Positions 33,066 through 44,196 of a stretch of 60,532 nucleotides of DNA are shown here, piece after piece (position 1 is the stretch's first letter; every line of letters begins with the position of its first letter). A program made the position numbers and the translations under genes. The notes below the pieces were generated by a model that made no database searches, was not told the origin of the DNA, and saw only the letters and a list, made by a program, of their open reading frames with translations. Location of the stretch: assembly GCA_051294375.1 (NCBI GenBank), contig JBJCIZ010000744.1:1-60532 (forward strand), given 5' to 3'. The DNA is from Paraspadella gotoi (taxonomy: Eukaryota; Animalia; Chaetognatha).

Positions 33066-33357
33066 ATGCTGCTCGTTTTCAACGTTATAGTTAATGTCTA
33101 TGTTTAACTAGTACTTAAAGTTACTTTTAATCGAAAATATATTATCTCTGAGAAAATTCATTGCTTTAATTTATATTCAAAAGCCCAAATCCGTTTGAAT
33201 TTGTTTTGGGTCTTTTCTAAATTAAAGAGGGCAATTTTATTTTGAAATCAAAAATGGAAATTTTGTCAAAACGATTATTTAGAAAATTATCTATCCAATG
33301 ATTTTTCTTCTAAATTCCACGACAAACCAATTCAATGAAATACCTTTTCTCTATTTC

Positions 33358-33394
<37 letters not shown>

Positions 33395-33603
33395 CCTCTC
33401 TCTCTCATTTTTTTACTCTCCATCACGTGACATTGTGCACGTTGATGCACGCGTCCCACGTGCACGTGGATGTTTTTTTCCCTTTTCGCAGTCACTGCAT
33501 TTCTCCGGATATGAATGTATTCGATAATCCCGCTCTCTCTCCCCCCCCCCTCCGCGCCTCCGCTGCCGACCAAGCAGCCGCAGCCGCCAGCAGCTGAGCT
33601 TAC

Positions 33604-33998
33604 CCCGTCGAAGCCGGATCCGAGCTGATAGCGCCGCCGCCGCCGCCGCTGGAGCCGGCGGCGTGCAGGCTCGAGGATGACGCGGCGTCGCCGCCAGCGC
33701 CAGCGCCGCTCGATGGCGACAGCGGCGCCAGGGAAGACGTCGTCGACGAGGGAGAGGCGTAGAGGGCGGCGGCGCCGNNNNNNNNNNNNNNNNNNNNNNN
33801 NNGTCGCGCTGCCGCCGCCGCTTCCGCCGCTGGGACAGCAGGGCGAGGAGCCGAGGCGTGGAGCAGCGACGGAGAACTGAGAGCCGCTGCGCCGCCGCTT
33901 GGATCCGCCGCTGCCGCTCTGGCAGAGCCGCGGGCGACGTGCCGACGCCGCCGCTGCGTGATCGGTAGCCGGCCGGCGTCCGTAATCTGCGGACATGG
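33604..33998 (-). CDS. SoxB1: SoxB1 Ala/Gly/Ser-rich exon interrupted by a 25-N gap; the clean 3' part reads GAAALYASPSSTTSSLAPLSPSSGAGAGGDAASSSSLHAAGSSGGGGGAISSDPAST
   Basis: 33604-33777 is open and ends ACG GG|gtaag, phase 2, matching the next exon. 33803-33998 is noisy but begins tcctcag|CC ATG TCC GC like the copy at 34917. Confidence 0.72.
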
Positions 33999-34694
33999 CT
34001 GAGGAGAGGCCCGGGAGGAGGGTAGTCGAGTGAGCGCCAGGAGGAAGAGGAGGAGACCCCAAACGAGAAAATCGTGTGTTACGGCAATTTATCTAAGAGG
34101 AAGAGGAGGAGCAGAGCAGGAATTTGGAAGACGACGACAACGACGACGACGCACGTTTTCTTTTAGAGGAAGAAGATAAGAAATGAGACAGAGAGAGAGA
34201 GAGGAGAGAGAGACGACGATCGAGAACCAAACAGAGGGAGATGATGAGTGATCGAGAGAGAGTAGAATGAGGAGAGAAGACTACAGAAATAAACAAAGAA
34301 GAAAAAGAAAAAAAGGGTAAATTTACGCTTACATATTTTGCTGAAAAAAATAAAATACGGAAAGTTACAGTCACACCGTAAAGAAGATTGAGATGAGAGA
34401 GGAGGACCAAGGAGGAGAGAAAGAGAGGACGAGAGATTGATTGATGAGAGAGAGTGAGACGGAGAGAGAGAGAGATATCCCTAGGAGAAGAGAGAGAAAA
34501 ATGCGAGAGACGAGAGGTAAAAGAGGGAGAGAACAATTAAATCGACAATGCTTAGTTTTTATTGAACATAAAATTCGGTTCGGACTTATGATTATTCCTC
34601 TCGTTTGGATTTTTTTAATAAAAGGAATTTGTTTAAAATTTTTCTTTCACAAGACTATACTCAATGAAATTATCCGCGGGCAAAAATTTCCCTA

Positions 34695-34790
34695 TTTTTT
34701 AGTCGGCGATCTGCTTATCAGCAGATCCCGACTCTATAACTCACCTTTTTTATTAACTCACTTCTTTCGGTCCGTCGTCCGCCCTCCTCA
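34695..34790 (+). mobile_element. 5' fragment of a DINE/HINE-like element
   Basis: T-run, then the hairpin agtcgg-cgatctgct..agcagatc-ccgact, then ctataactcac and cggtccgtcgtcc. The layout matches the 14040 element. Confidence 0.5.
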
Positions 34791-34846
34791 ATATTGTCAG
34801 TGAGGCACCACACTTAATATATTCATGTCAGAACATCGAATCATAC

Positions 34847-34917
34847 CGCGGCGACGGCCGACGCCGCCGCTGCGTGATGGTAGCCGGCGGCTCCGTTATA
34901 TCCGCTCGCGGACATGG
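34847..34917 (-). CDS. SoxB1: SoxB1 exon or exon 5' part, (A)MSASGYNGAAGYHHAAAASAVAA; the clean copy of a duplicated segment
   Basis: (tcc)n tcctcag|CC ATG TCC GCG ... GCC GCG|gtatga. The phase-1 start matches the previous exon. An indel-ridden second copy lies at about 33930-33998. Confidence 0.7.
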
Positions 34918-35235
34918 CTGAGGAGGAGGAGGAGGAGGAGGAGGAGGAGGAGGANNNNNNNNNNNNNNNNNNNNNNNNNTGATAAGAGATTGATTGATGG
35001 GTTTATTGATTGATTGCATTAGATTGAATTGATTGAGAATGATCTTCATTGATTCAGATTAATTCTTATAATTCATTCAATTCATTTCAATTCATGTCAT
35101 GGATGAGAGAGAGGAGAAGAGAGAAGAGAAGAGAGGAATGAAATATAAACAAAGGAAGAAAAGAAAAAAATAGGTAAATTTTACCGTTTATCAGATTTGT
35201 GAAAAAAATACCCGGAGTTACGTCCACCACCGTTA

Positions 35236-35305
<70 letters not shown>

Positions 35306-35583
35306 CAGAGAGAGAGGAGAAGAAAGAGGGAGAAATTAAATCGAGCAATGCTAGTTTTTATTGAAATAAAAGTTGGTCGGATTATGATTATTCCCTCTCG
35401 TTTGATTTTTTTAATAAAAAGAATTTGGTTTAAAATTCTTTCACAAGACTCACTCACTCAATGAAAATTATCCGGGGCAAAAATTTCCTATTTTTTTTCT
35501 TCATCACATCAGAATTTTATCTTTTAGAAGCTCCTATCACCATTAATTTTTGAAATTATAGTTAATATTTTTGAATAAAACTG

Positions 35584-35668
35584 TTAATAATTAATAATTA
35601 ATAATTAATAATTAATAATTAATAATTAATAATTAATAATTAATAATTAATAATTAATAATTAATAAT
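35584..35668. repeat. (TTAATAA)n heptamer array, about 12 copies
   Basis: Directly visible perfect repeat. Confidence 0.95.
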
Positions 35669-35789
35669 ACCTAAACTTCTTAAAACCTTCAGGGAACTGA
35701 TCTTAAGTTTGAAACCAGGATTTAAGGGTCACTGCGGTCACCGGGACCATAAAGATGTTTAAACCTAATATTATGACACTTCACTGATA

Positions 35790-35960
35790 GGGAAGCCAGG
35801 TACATTGAGAGTGAATAAACTAGACCGTGAGAGAGTCTTGATTGAAAGCTTGATATGTTATGTTAATGTTATGTCAATCAAACATAGGCTGTCCAAAGTC
35901 AGAAGTTAAAATATCTTATTGAGATAAATTGATAATTTTTATATTGGTTGTACCAATTTC
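35790..35960 (-). repeat. Inverted copy of the same dispersed repeat, inside a SoxB1 intron
   Basis: The reverse complement gives aaattggtacaaccaatataaaaatt...caagctttcaatcaagactctctcacggtct...gtacctggcttc, as at 14650-14850. Confidence 0.8.
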
Positions 35961-36200
35961 ACATTCAGGGTAAACCCACTGCAAAACTAGATCGAGACTG
36001 TCACAATGTTGTCACATTATGTCACAATGTTGTCAATTTATGTCACAATGTGACATAATCAAGGATAACTTTTTCGACTAGACGCTTCTTGTCTTTTCTC
36101 TGCTTTTCAACTTTTTTTTCTTTTTTTTTTTTAGAAGAGAAACCGTTAGATGTTGAGAAGAAGAAATGATGACGATTTTGAATTACTTTTTTTAGGGGGA

Positions 36201-36290
<90 letters not shown>

Positions 36291-36728
36291 AAAAAATAAA
36301 GAAAGAAATAAAGAAAGAAAAAAAAAGAAAAGAAAAAAAAATCCCCGTTTTCGTAAACGACAACAACAACAACAACAACGACGATAAGAACGACGACCTA
36401 AAAAAAAGTCATTCGATTCTCATTCGAAATTCGAAATTCTTTCCAATAAAAAAAGAAAAAAGAAAAAGAAGAGAAAGAAAAAGAAAGAAGACAAAAATGG
36501 CGGGAAACTCGATCGAATCCGTCGAGTTCCTCCCCCAGCACCCCCCCCCTCCTTCGATCGTCTGTCGTCTGTCGTTTCGCCTGGCGTCGCCTTTCAAACC
36601 GCCTGCTTTTCTTGTTCAGACGTTCGACTGTCTCGCTCTCACTCTTTGTATATTTAGAGTAGTATATTTTTGACGAGAGGGTTCTCACTTACTGTTCTAC
36701 TCTCAAAGTTTAAAGGTAGTATTCGGTT

Positions 36729-36841
<113 letters not shown>

Positions 36842-37111
36842 TAGAGAGAAACAGAACTAGAAAGAGAGAGAGAGAGAGAGACAAAAAGAGAGAACGATAG
36901 AGAGAGAAAGACAAATACAGATAAAAAGAAACAGAAAGACAGAGACAGAGACAGAGACGCTAAAATCCAATGTTTGACGACAAAATCTCCAACGCCATCT
37001 GCCCAAAATGAGGCAACCCTATCGACTCCATACACGCGTCGTCCACATCAATATCTACATCAAAAACATCAACCCCATCATCGACTCTCTCCATCAGCAT
37101 CAATACCTCAC

Positions 37112-37189
37112 CTGAACCGTGATGGTGATGGGAGAAGTTTCCGTGGGGCGAAACGGGGTGCATGCTGTTGTACCCCGAATACAAACTAG
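37112..37189 (-). CDS. SoxB1: SoxB1 exon (A)SLYSGYNSMHPVSPHGNFSHHHHGS
   Basis: ccacattacag|CT AGT TTG ... GGT TCA G|gtgag; 78 bp, phase 1 to phase 1, with no stops. Confidence 0.85.
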
Positions 37190-37202
37190 CTGTAATGTGG
37201 AG

Positions 37203-37773
37203 AGGAGAGATCAGGGATGCAATTTCGACGCTCAAAAATTTGCACTTTTGAAAGTCTTTGGCCAAAAAAAAATAGATTTAAAAAAAAAAGGATGTGATGA
37301 TTAAAAAATAAATTATTCATAATATTTTTTTTTAATATTTAGGATTAAAACCGAAATATCTTTTCTCTTTCGTTGTGAAAATTGCGTGTGTAATGATCAT
37401 AGCCAAAAAAAAAAAAAATGGAACAATATTCTTTTCTTTCTTCTCGCGTTTAATCTTATTCTACCTCCCCTCTTCTCTCTCTCTTCTCTCTCTCCATCTC
37501 TCTCGTCTTCGTCTCTCCTCCTCTCTCTCCTCTCTCTCTCTCGTATCTCTCTCCTCTCTCTCTCTCCCCCTCTACCTCNNNNNNNNNNNNNNNNNNNNNN
37601 NNNTTTTTTTTTGCTGAATCCACGATTTTTCAAGAAAGAGAAAGATTTCGGTTTTAATCAAAATTAAAAAAAAATATTTCAATAATTTATTTTTAATCTC
37701 ATCCTTTTTTTAAATCCTATTTTTTGGCCAAAGACTTCAAAGTCAAATTTTTGAGCGTGAAATTCATCCTGAA

Positions 37774-37780
<7 letters not shown>
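37203..37780. repeat. Inverted repeat with arms of about 200 bp (about 37203-37420 and 37604-37780) inside a SoxB1 intron
   Basis: tcagggatgcaatttcgacgctcaaaaatttgcac...gtctttggccaaaa...ttaaaaccgaaat is mirrored by atttcggttttaa...ttttggccaaagac...aaatttttgagcgtgaaattcatcctga. Confidence 0.88.
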
Positions 37781-37807
<27 letters not shown>

Positions 37808-37964
37808 TCTCGTCTCTTCTCTCTCTCTCTGCTCTCTCTCTCTCTCTCTCGCTCTCTCTCTCTCATACTCTCTCTCTCGTCATCTCTCTCTCATCAACGT
37901 CTCCATTTCAATAATTAAATGGAGAATTGACGAAATTTCTACCTTAGCTCCATTTCGCCTCAAC

Positions 37965-38073
37965 CTGTAGTGTTGGGCCCCATTTGCTGCCGCCGGCGGC
38001 GGCGTGGTAATAGCTGCTGGCGTTGTTGGGGTCATGCTGGTAGCATGGCCCGCCGCCGCTGCCGCCCGCGTGA
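37965..38073 (-). CDS. SoxB1: SoxB1 exon (S)HAGGSGGGPCYQHDPNNASSYYHAAAGG..QMGPNTT, with an apparent 1-bp deletion
   Basis: cccttccag|T CAC GCG ... ACA G|gttgag; 109 bp. The phase-2 start matches the previous exon. One more base (110 bp) is needed to join the phase-1 start of the next exon. Confidence 0.75.
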
Positions 38074-38102
38074 CTGGAAGGGGTGTGAGAGAGAGAGAGA
38101 GA

Positions 38103-38168
<66 letters not shown>

Positions 38169-38547
38169 AATGGAATGCGGTCGTATGGACATGGAATCGG
38201 CAGGCGGTTATGACGTAATCTTTTTAAAGCTGATTTTTTTTTTTCTCAATTTTTTCTCGTTCGAGACCATTCGACGAACGACGACGACGACGACGAAACG
38301 ACGACGAAACGAAACATCGCGAAGGAATAAACGAGGATCTAACCACCTTGCCCCCCCACCTTCTCGCCCCCACCTTCTCCAAACGCCTCCTCCAACCCCT
38401 AGGCCCCACCCATCGCGCGATTCTCAATTTGCATACTTCTAGTTTGCAGCAAATGCGTTTTCCGAAGCTACGCTTAGAATGACTTGCGGCCCCCCGGCCT
38501 TGGCTCAGGCTTGTGTTTTAATCTCTCTCTGCTCTCTCTCTCGTCTG

Positions 38548-38581
<34 letters not shown>

Positions 38582-39139
38582 ATCTCTCTCATCCTGCTCG
38601 AGTCTATGCTAAGATGATGCCAAGCTTTCAGAGATAATTTCCATTATACGCCGCCATTAAAACTCATTTTTCTTTCTTGATTTCCCCGCGAAGTAATAAT
38701 TAGGAGAGAAAAAATTTTTAAAAATTAAATAAATATCCAAAATCGGGAAAGGATGTGTGTTTATTAATTTTTTTTTAGTATACATGTATTAGTTTAAATA
38801 TTTTTCATTGTTTTGTTATCTTTGTATGATACAATAAAAAAGTTAGTTCATAAATATAAAATTTTATTAATGATTGTTGAAATCTTGGATAAAAAAAATC
38901 TTCAGTGAGAAAATAGTGATTTATTTTATTATAAAAACGTAATATTATCGGACAACAATATTTTACCTTCTTTAAAACTCTTTCTGCTTTTCCTTCGCTC
39001 TTGATTAAAGTTTTCCTTCTTTACTCGTTTCCCCTTTTGTTCTTCTCAATCAGATACATTTCTTCTCTCTCTTTACTCTTTCCTCTAGATGTCTCGTGGT
39101 ATTTATCCTCTTCTTTCAACGTGAACCAGTTTACCAACC

Positions 39140-39605
39140 TCTTCCTCCCTCTCTTCCTCTTTCCTCCCTCCCTCTCTTGCTCTTTCCTCCCTCTCTTCCT
39201 CTTTCCTCCCTCCCTCTCTTCCTCTTTCCTCCCTCCCTCTCTTCCTCTTTCCTCCCTCCCTCTCTTCCTCTTTCCTCCCTCCCTCTCTTCCTCTTTCCTC
39301 CCTCTCTCTCTTCCTCTTTCCTCCCTCCCCCCTCTCCCATCCTCTTTCTCCCCCGCGATTCCCTTTCGTCTTTCCCGTTTCCCCCTAGCGACGTCTATCT
39401 CTCACCCCTTTAGCGCCCTCTTCAGCCAGACGCGCGCGGCGCCGTCAGTCATTTGTTTTTCCATTTGTTTGTTTACCCTCTCGCGTTCGTCGATGGTCGT
39501 AACGTCGAGATGCGCGGTCGGTCTCTACGCCCCCTACTCCCTACTCCCTACTCCCTACTCCCTACTCCCCACTCCCTACTCCCCACTCCCTATTCCCTAC
39601 TCCAC
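39140..39605. repeat. Pyrimidine repeats: (ctccctctcttcctctttc)n at about 39140-39330 and (ctcccta)n at about 39530-39605
   Basis: Directly visible. Confidence 0.85.
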
Positions 39606-39959
39606 CTTGAGCCTACTTTGACACAAGCGCCATCCCCTCGCCTTCTTCAGTCGACCTCAAACACAGATCCAAACCTCGAAGCCGCTTCATAATTTAGCCA
39701 ATCAAAAAACACCCAATTTCCGCCAATCAAATTTCCCAAAAACGAAGGCTCAGAATTTCCGCCAATCAAAACCCTCAAAAAAAACAAACTAAAAAATGCA
39801 ACCGAAATCCATCGGACGCTACTTGATTTCTAAAAGTTTATTGCCACTAAAGTCAGGCTAGTAGACCCTCTCCAAGCTATCTCGTTCTCTCCCAACCCCA
39901 TCATTTTCCCAGCCCCATCTCTACTTCTTTCTCACCCCAGCCCCAGCCCCAGCTCGTAC

Positions 39960-40061
39960 CTGGCCGACGATGGGTGATGATACCCGTTGGGCATGTAGCC
40001 GGCCGGCGCGCCTCCGCCCGCTGCCGCCATCTGGTGATAGGCCATTTCGGCGGCGGAGGTT
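39960..40061 (-). CDS. SoxB1: SoxB1 exon TSAAEMAYHQMAAAGGGAPAGYMPNGYHHPSSA
   Basis: cattttctcag|A ACC TCC ... TCG GCC AG|gtacg; 102 bp, phase 2 to phase 2. It is a GC-rich island, and YHQM...GYMPNGY resembles the post-HMG motif of invertebrate SoxB1 proteins. Confidence 0.88.
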
Positions 40062-42653
40062 CTGAGAAAATGAGGGGGAAGGGAGAAGGNNNNNNNNNNN
40101 NNNNNNNNNNNNNNNNNNNNNNNNNNNNNNNNNNNNNNNNNNNNNNNNNNNNNNNNNNNNNNNNNNNNNNNNNNNNNNNNNNNNNNNNNNNNNNNNNNNN
40201 NNNNNNNNNNNNNNNNNNNNNNNNNNNNNNNNNNNNNNNNNNNNNNNNNNNNNNNNNNNNNNNNNNNNNNNNNNNNNNNNNNNNNNNNNNNNNNNNNNNN
40301 NNNNNNNNNNNNNNNNNNNNNNNNNNNNNNNNNNNNNNNNNNNNNNNNNNNNNNNNNNNNNNNNNNNNNNNNNNNNNNNNNNNNNNNNNNNNNNNNNNNN
40401 NNNNNNNNNNNNNNNNNNNNNNNNNNNNNNNNNNNNNNNNNNNNNNNNNNNNNNNNNNNNNNNNNNNNNNNNNNNNNNNNNNNNNNNNNNNNNNNNNNNN
40501 NNNNNNNNNNNNNNNNNNNNNNNNNNNNNNNNNNNNNNNNNNNNNNNNNNNNNNNNNNNNNNNNNNNNNNNNNNNNNNNNNNNNNNNNNNNNNNNNNNNN
40601 NNNNNNNNNNNNNNNNNNNNNNNNNNNNNNNNNNNNNNNNNNNNNNNNNNNNNNNNNNNNNNNNNNNNNNNNNNNNNNNNNNNNNNNNNNNNNNNNNNNN
40701 NNNNNNNNNNNNNNNNNNNNNNNNNNNNNNNNNNNNNNNNNNNNNNNTTCCTCTTCCTCCTCCTCCTCCTCCTCCTCCTCCCTCAGAGAGAAACGAGGGG
40801 AGAACTCGGTTGTAGGAAAGCAAAGACTGAAAGGGACAGACGGGGAGGGACAGAAAGACAGACAGACAGACCAGGAAGGCAGCAGAACTGAAAAGAGAAA
40901 CTGCAGCGAAGAAAAAAAATATAAAAACTGTGAAGGTATGCGTCTAGCTATGGTCTCCCTAGTCTATCTCTGCTCCAGTCAGGGAGAAGAATTATATAAG
41001 GAGAGATATCGTAGAAAAACATAATATAATCTAATCTAATAAAATATTAATATAATATAATTTAAAAAAAGAAAGATTTTTTTAAAAAAGAAAGTAAAAG
41101 ACAAAAAACGTGAATCTTAATTTTTAAATCTTTTAGTTTATTTCCTGTTTTGTTTTTTTCTTTATGACTCTTTATCGGTTATGATACGAATCATACGATT
41201 CCACCCAATTTTTCACGACTTCAAAAATCACAATCTAAACTCAATTCACAGTCATTTTCACATTTGTTTCTCAATTTCAACATCGCAACTTACCGTCAAC
41301 ATCCCAACAGCCAAGAGCCTCCTTCCAAAAAGTAAAACTTCATCAAATTCGTTATTTTTCTTTTCAATTTCTTCTCTGATTCTTTCTTTCTTTCCTTTCT
41401 TTCCTTTCCTCCTTTCCTCCAATCAAGACTCTTTCACGGTACACAGTTTATCATTCTCCCTTTCTCTTTTCTCCTCTCAACCTCTCTAATTTCCTTTTCC
41501 CCATCTTTCTCTTTTCTCTCCTCTTTTCTTTTCACTTTTCTCTTCCGTTCTTCTTCTCTTTCCTCTCAATACTTTTCTTTTTACTTTTCTCTTCCGTTCT
41601 TCTTCTCTTTCCTCTCAATACTTTTCTTTCCTCCGTTTCTTCTCCTTCCTCTGCTTTCTCCATATCTTTCCCATCTTCTTTCTTTCCTCCTCCTCTCCTT
41701 TTCTCCTCTCCTTTCCTTCTTTCCTCCCCTTCTTTTTCCGCCCTCTTACCCTTTGTCACATTCATTCCCTTACGCTCGACTTCTCCTCGTTGGTTCTTCA
41801 GCAGCTCCGCCGTGGAAGCAAAGACGGACTGTGACCCCGGTCGTTCGACCCCCCCACTCCTCCTCTTCCTCTTCCTCCTCCTCTTCCTCCTCCTCATTCT
41901 TTCCCTTCCTCGAAACAAATACAAAAAATGTCGAACACATACGGATCAGCGCATACACATAACATTAATGCATAATAATACGCAAAAGTTCACATTGCAC
42001 AAATTAAACAGGCAAATGCACAAACTTAAGATTTCCTATTCAGATTCCTTCCCTTATTTTATTTCTCTCCCGCGTCTCGACCAATCAGAACGCGAGAAAG
42101 ATTAGCCAATAAGGAACGTGATTCTCAAAGCGCGCGTAATCTCGCTAGAGGTTACTCAAGCCACTCCTTATTTTCTGGAAGACTTCGCGCCATCATCAAA
42201 GTAATTTGCTGGCGACAGTCGCGTGTTATCCAAACCTTTATTATTTTTATAGTCGAATCGACGCCACGCCACGCCACGCCACACGTTTACGTCACAGTTA
42301 CGTCACGCACAAAACTTATCACCGGCGAAAACAAGTTTCCGGTTAGCGACGTCGTGTTTACAAATACCCGGGATCTCCCGAAGCTTGCCGACCCCCTCCG
42401 ATATTTCCTACGACATCGTACGTGTCGCACTCCTTCTTCTTCTCTCTTCTTTCCTTCGTCTCTCTACTCTACTGTCTCTCTCTCTCTTCCTCTCTTCGGC
42501 AGCGCTGGCTCCGGTACCCTGGAGGCATGGAAAAAAAGGCGACACTATGACACACGCGGCCGGATACAATTCCACCCTTCTTCACCCCTTTTCACCTCAC
42601 CTTTCCTCTCTCTCTCTCTTTTCTCTCTCTCTCTCTCTTCTCTCCCCTCCTCT

Positions 42654-42690
<37 letters not shown>

Positions 42691-42741
42691 TCTCTCTCTA
42701 TATAGTTTTAAAATCANNNNNNNNNNNNNNNNNNNNNNNNN

Positions 42742-42775
<34 letters not shown>

Positions 42776-42864
42776 ATTTTTTTTTCTTGCGCGTTTTATT
42801 TCTTTTCTCTTTTGCTTCGTCAGTTGGAAATATGAGAAAGACAAGCGAAGCGAGAGTGAGAAGA

Positions 42865-43260
42865 GGATGGCGGAAATCGGAGGAAAGGAAAGGGAGGAAG
42901 GGAGGAAAGAAAAGAGGAGAGGATAGAGGAAATCGGAGGAAAGGAAAGGGAGGAAGGGAGGAAAGAAAAGAGGAGAGGATAGAGGAAATCGGAGGAAAGG
43001 AAAGGGAAGAAGGGAGGAAAGAAAAGAAGAGAGGATAGAGGAAATATGTGGAAAGGAAAGGGAGGAAGGGAGGAAAGAAGATAAAGGAAGGGAAGAAAGA
43101 AAATAGGAGAGGATAGAGGAAACAGGAGGAAAAGAAATGGAGGAAGGTAGGAAGGAAGGTGGAGAAAGGGAGGAAAGAAGATAAAGGGAGGAAAGAAAAG
43201 AAAAGAGGATAGAAGAAATCGGAGAAAAGGAAAGGGAGGAAGGGAGGAAAGAAAAAAGAG
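42865..43260. repeat. Purine-rich minisatellite, about 56-bp unit
   Basis: ggaaatcggaggaaaggaaagggaggaagggagg recurs near 42872, 42928, 42984 and 43040, then degenerates. Confidence 0.85.
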
Positions 43261-43885
43261 AAATAAGAAGGAAGTTAATAAACAGAAATCAAAGGTAAGG
43301 TCGCTCTGGATTTTTAAAAAATGGAGGACGACGAGGAAAAGCAAATAAAAAGAGAAATAGGGTAATAGGGTGAAGGAGAAAGACCGAAAAAAAGGAGAAA
43401 AAAGGAAAAGAAAGGAAAAGAAAAAAAAGGAAAATGTGAACTGAGCTGACGAGGGAAGAAAAGAAAAAAAAAGAAGTAAATGTATTAAACGAGGAATAAA
43501 AAGAAAGTAAAGGAGAAATAGGATAAATAAGTATTAAAGGAGGAATTTTAACTATATAATTATGTATGTAAATATTGAGATAGAAGTCAAAGGAAGAAAG
43601 TTGAAATAAAAAAAAAAGAAGATACAAAATTTAAAAAAAAAACAATAATTTAAAACAAATCATAATCCAGAAGACGCCGAAAACATCAAGGCCGGAAAAG
43701 GGGGAAGAAGCTTCCGGTCGAAATCCGGAAGGTAAAAGTTTAAAAATTTAAAAATTTACAAAACGAAAGATGTTTCCTTCGAAGAGAACACAAAAAAAAG
43801 GCCGGAAAAAATTGTGACTAAAAAGGGAAGCGAGGGCGAGAGAAGAGAGAGAGCATGAGAAGAGAGAGAGGGAGAGAAGAGAGAG

Positions 43886-43925
<40 letters not shown>

Positions 43926-44160
43926 CAGGAAAACCGCTTATCATAATAGGCCGCCTCAGAAGGGGATGCTCTTTTTTTTCCCGCCATTTTTTTCTTCTGT
44001 TCCCCCGAAGCAGAAAGGAACAGTTTGAGTTCAGACGAACTCTGTGACACAGATTCAGTGGATGGGACCGAAAAGGGGGGGGGGAGTTGGTCGTTGTTGT
44101 TTTTGTCCTTTCTTTGTTTTTCGATGCGGATTTTTTTTTCTTCTTTTTTTATCCTTTCTC

Positions 44161-44196
<36 letters not shown>

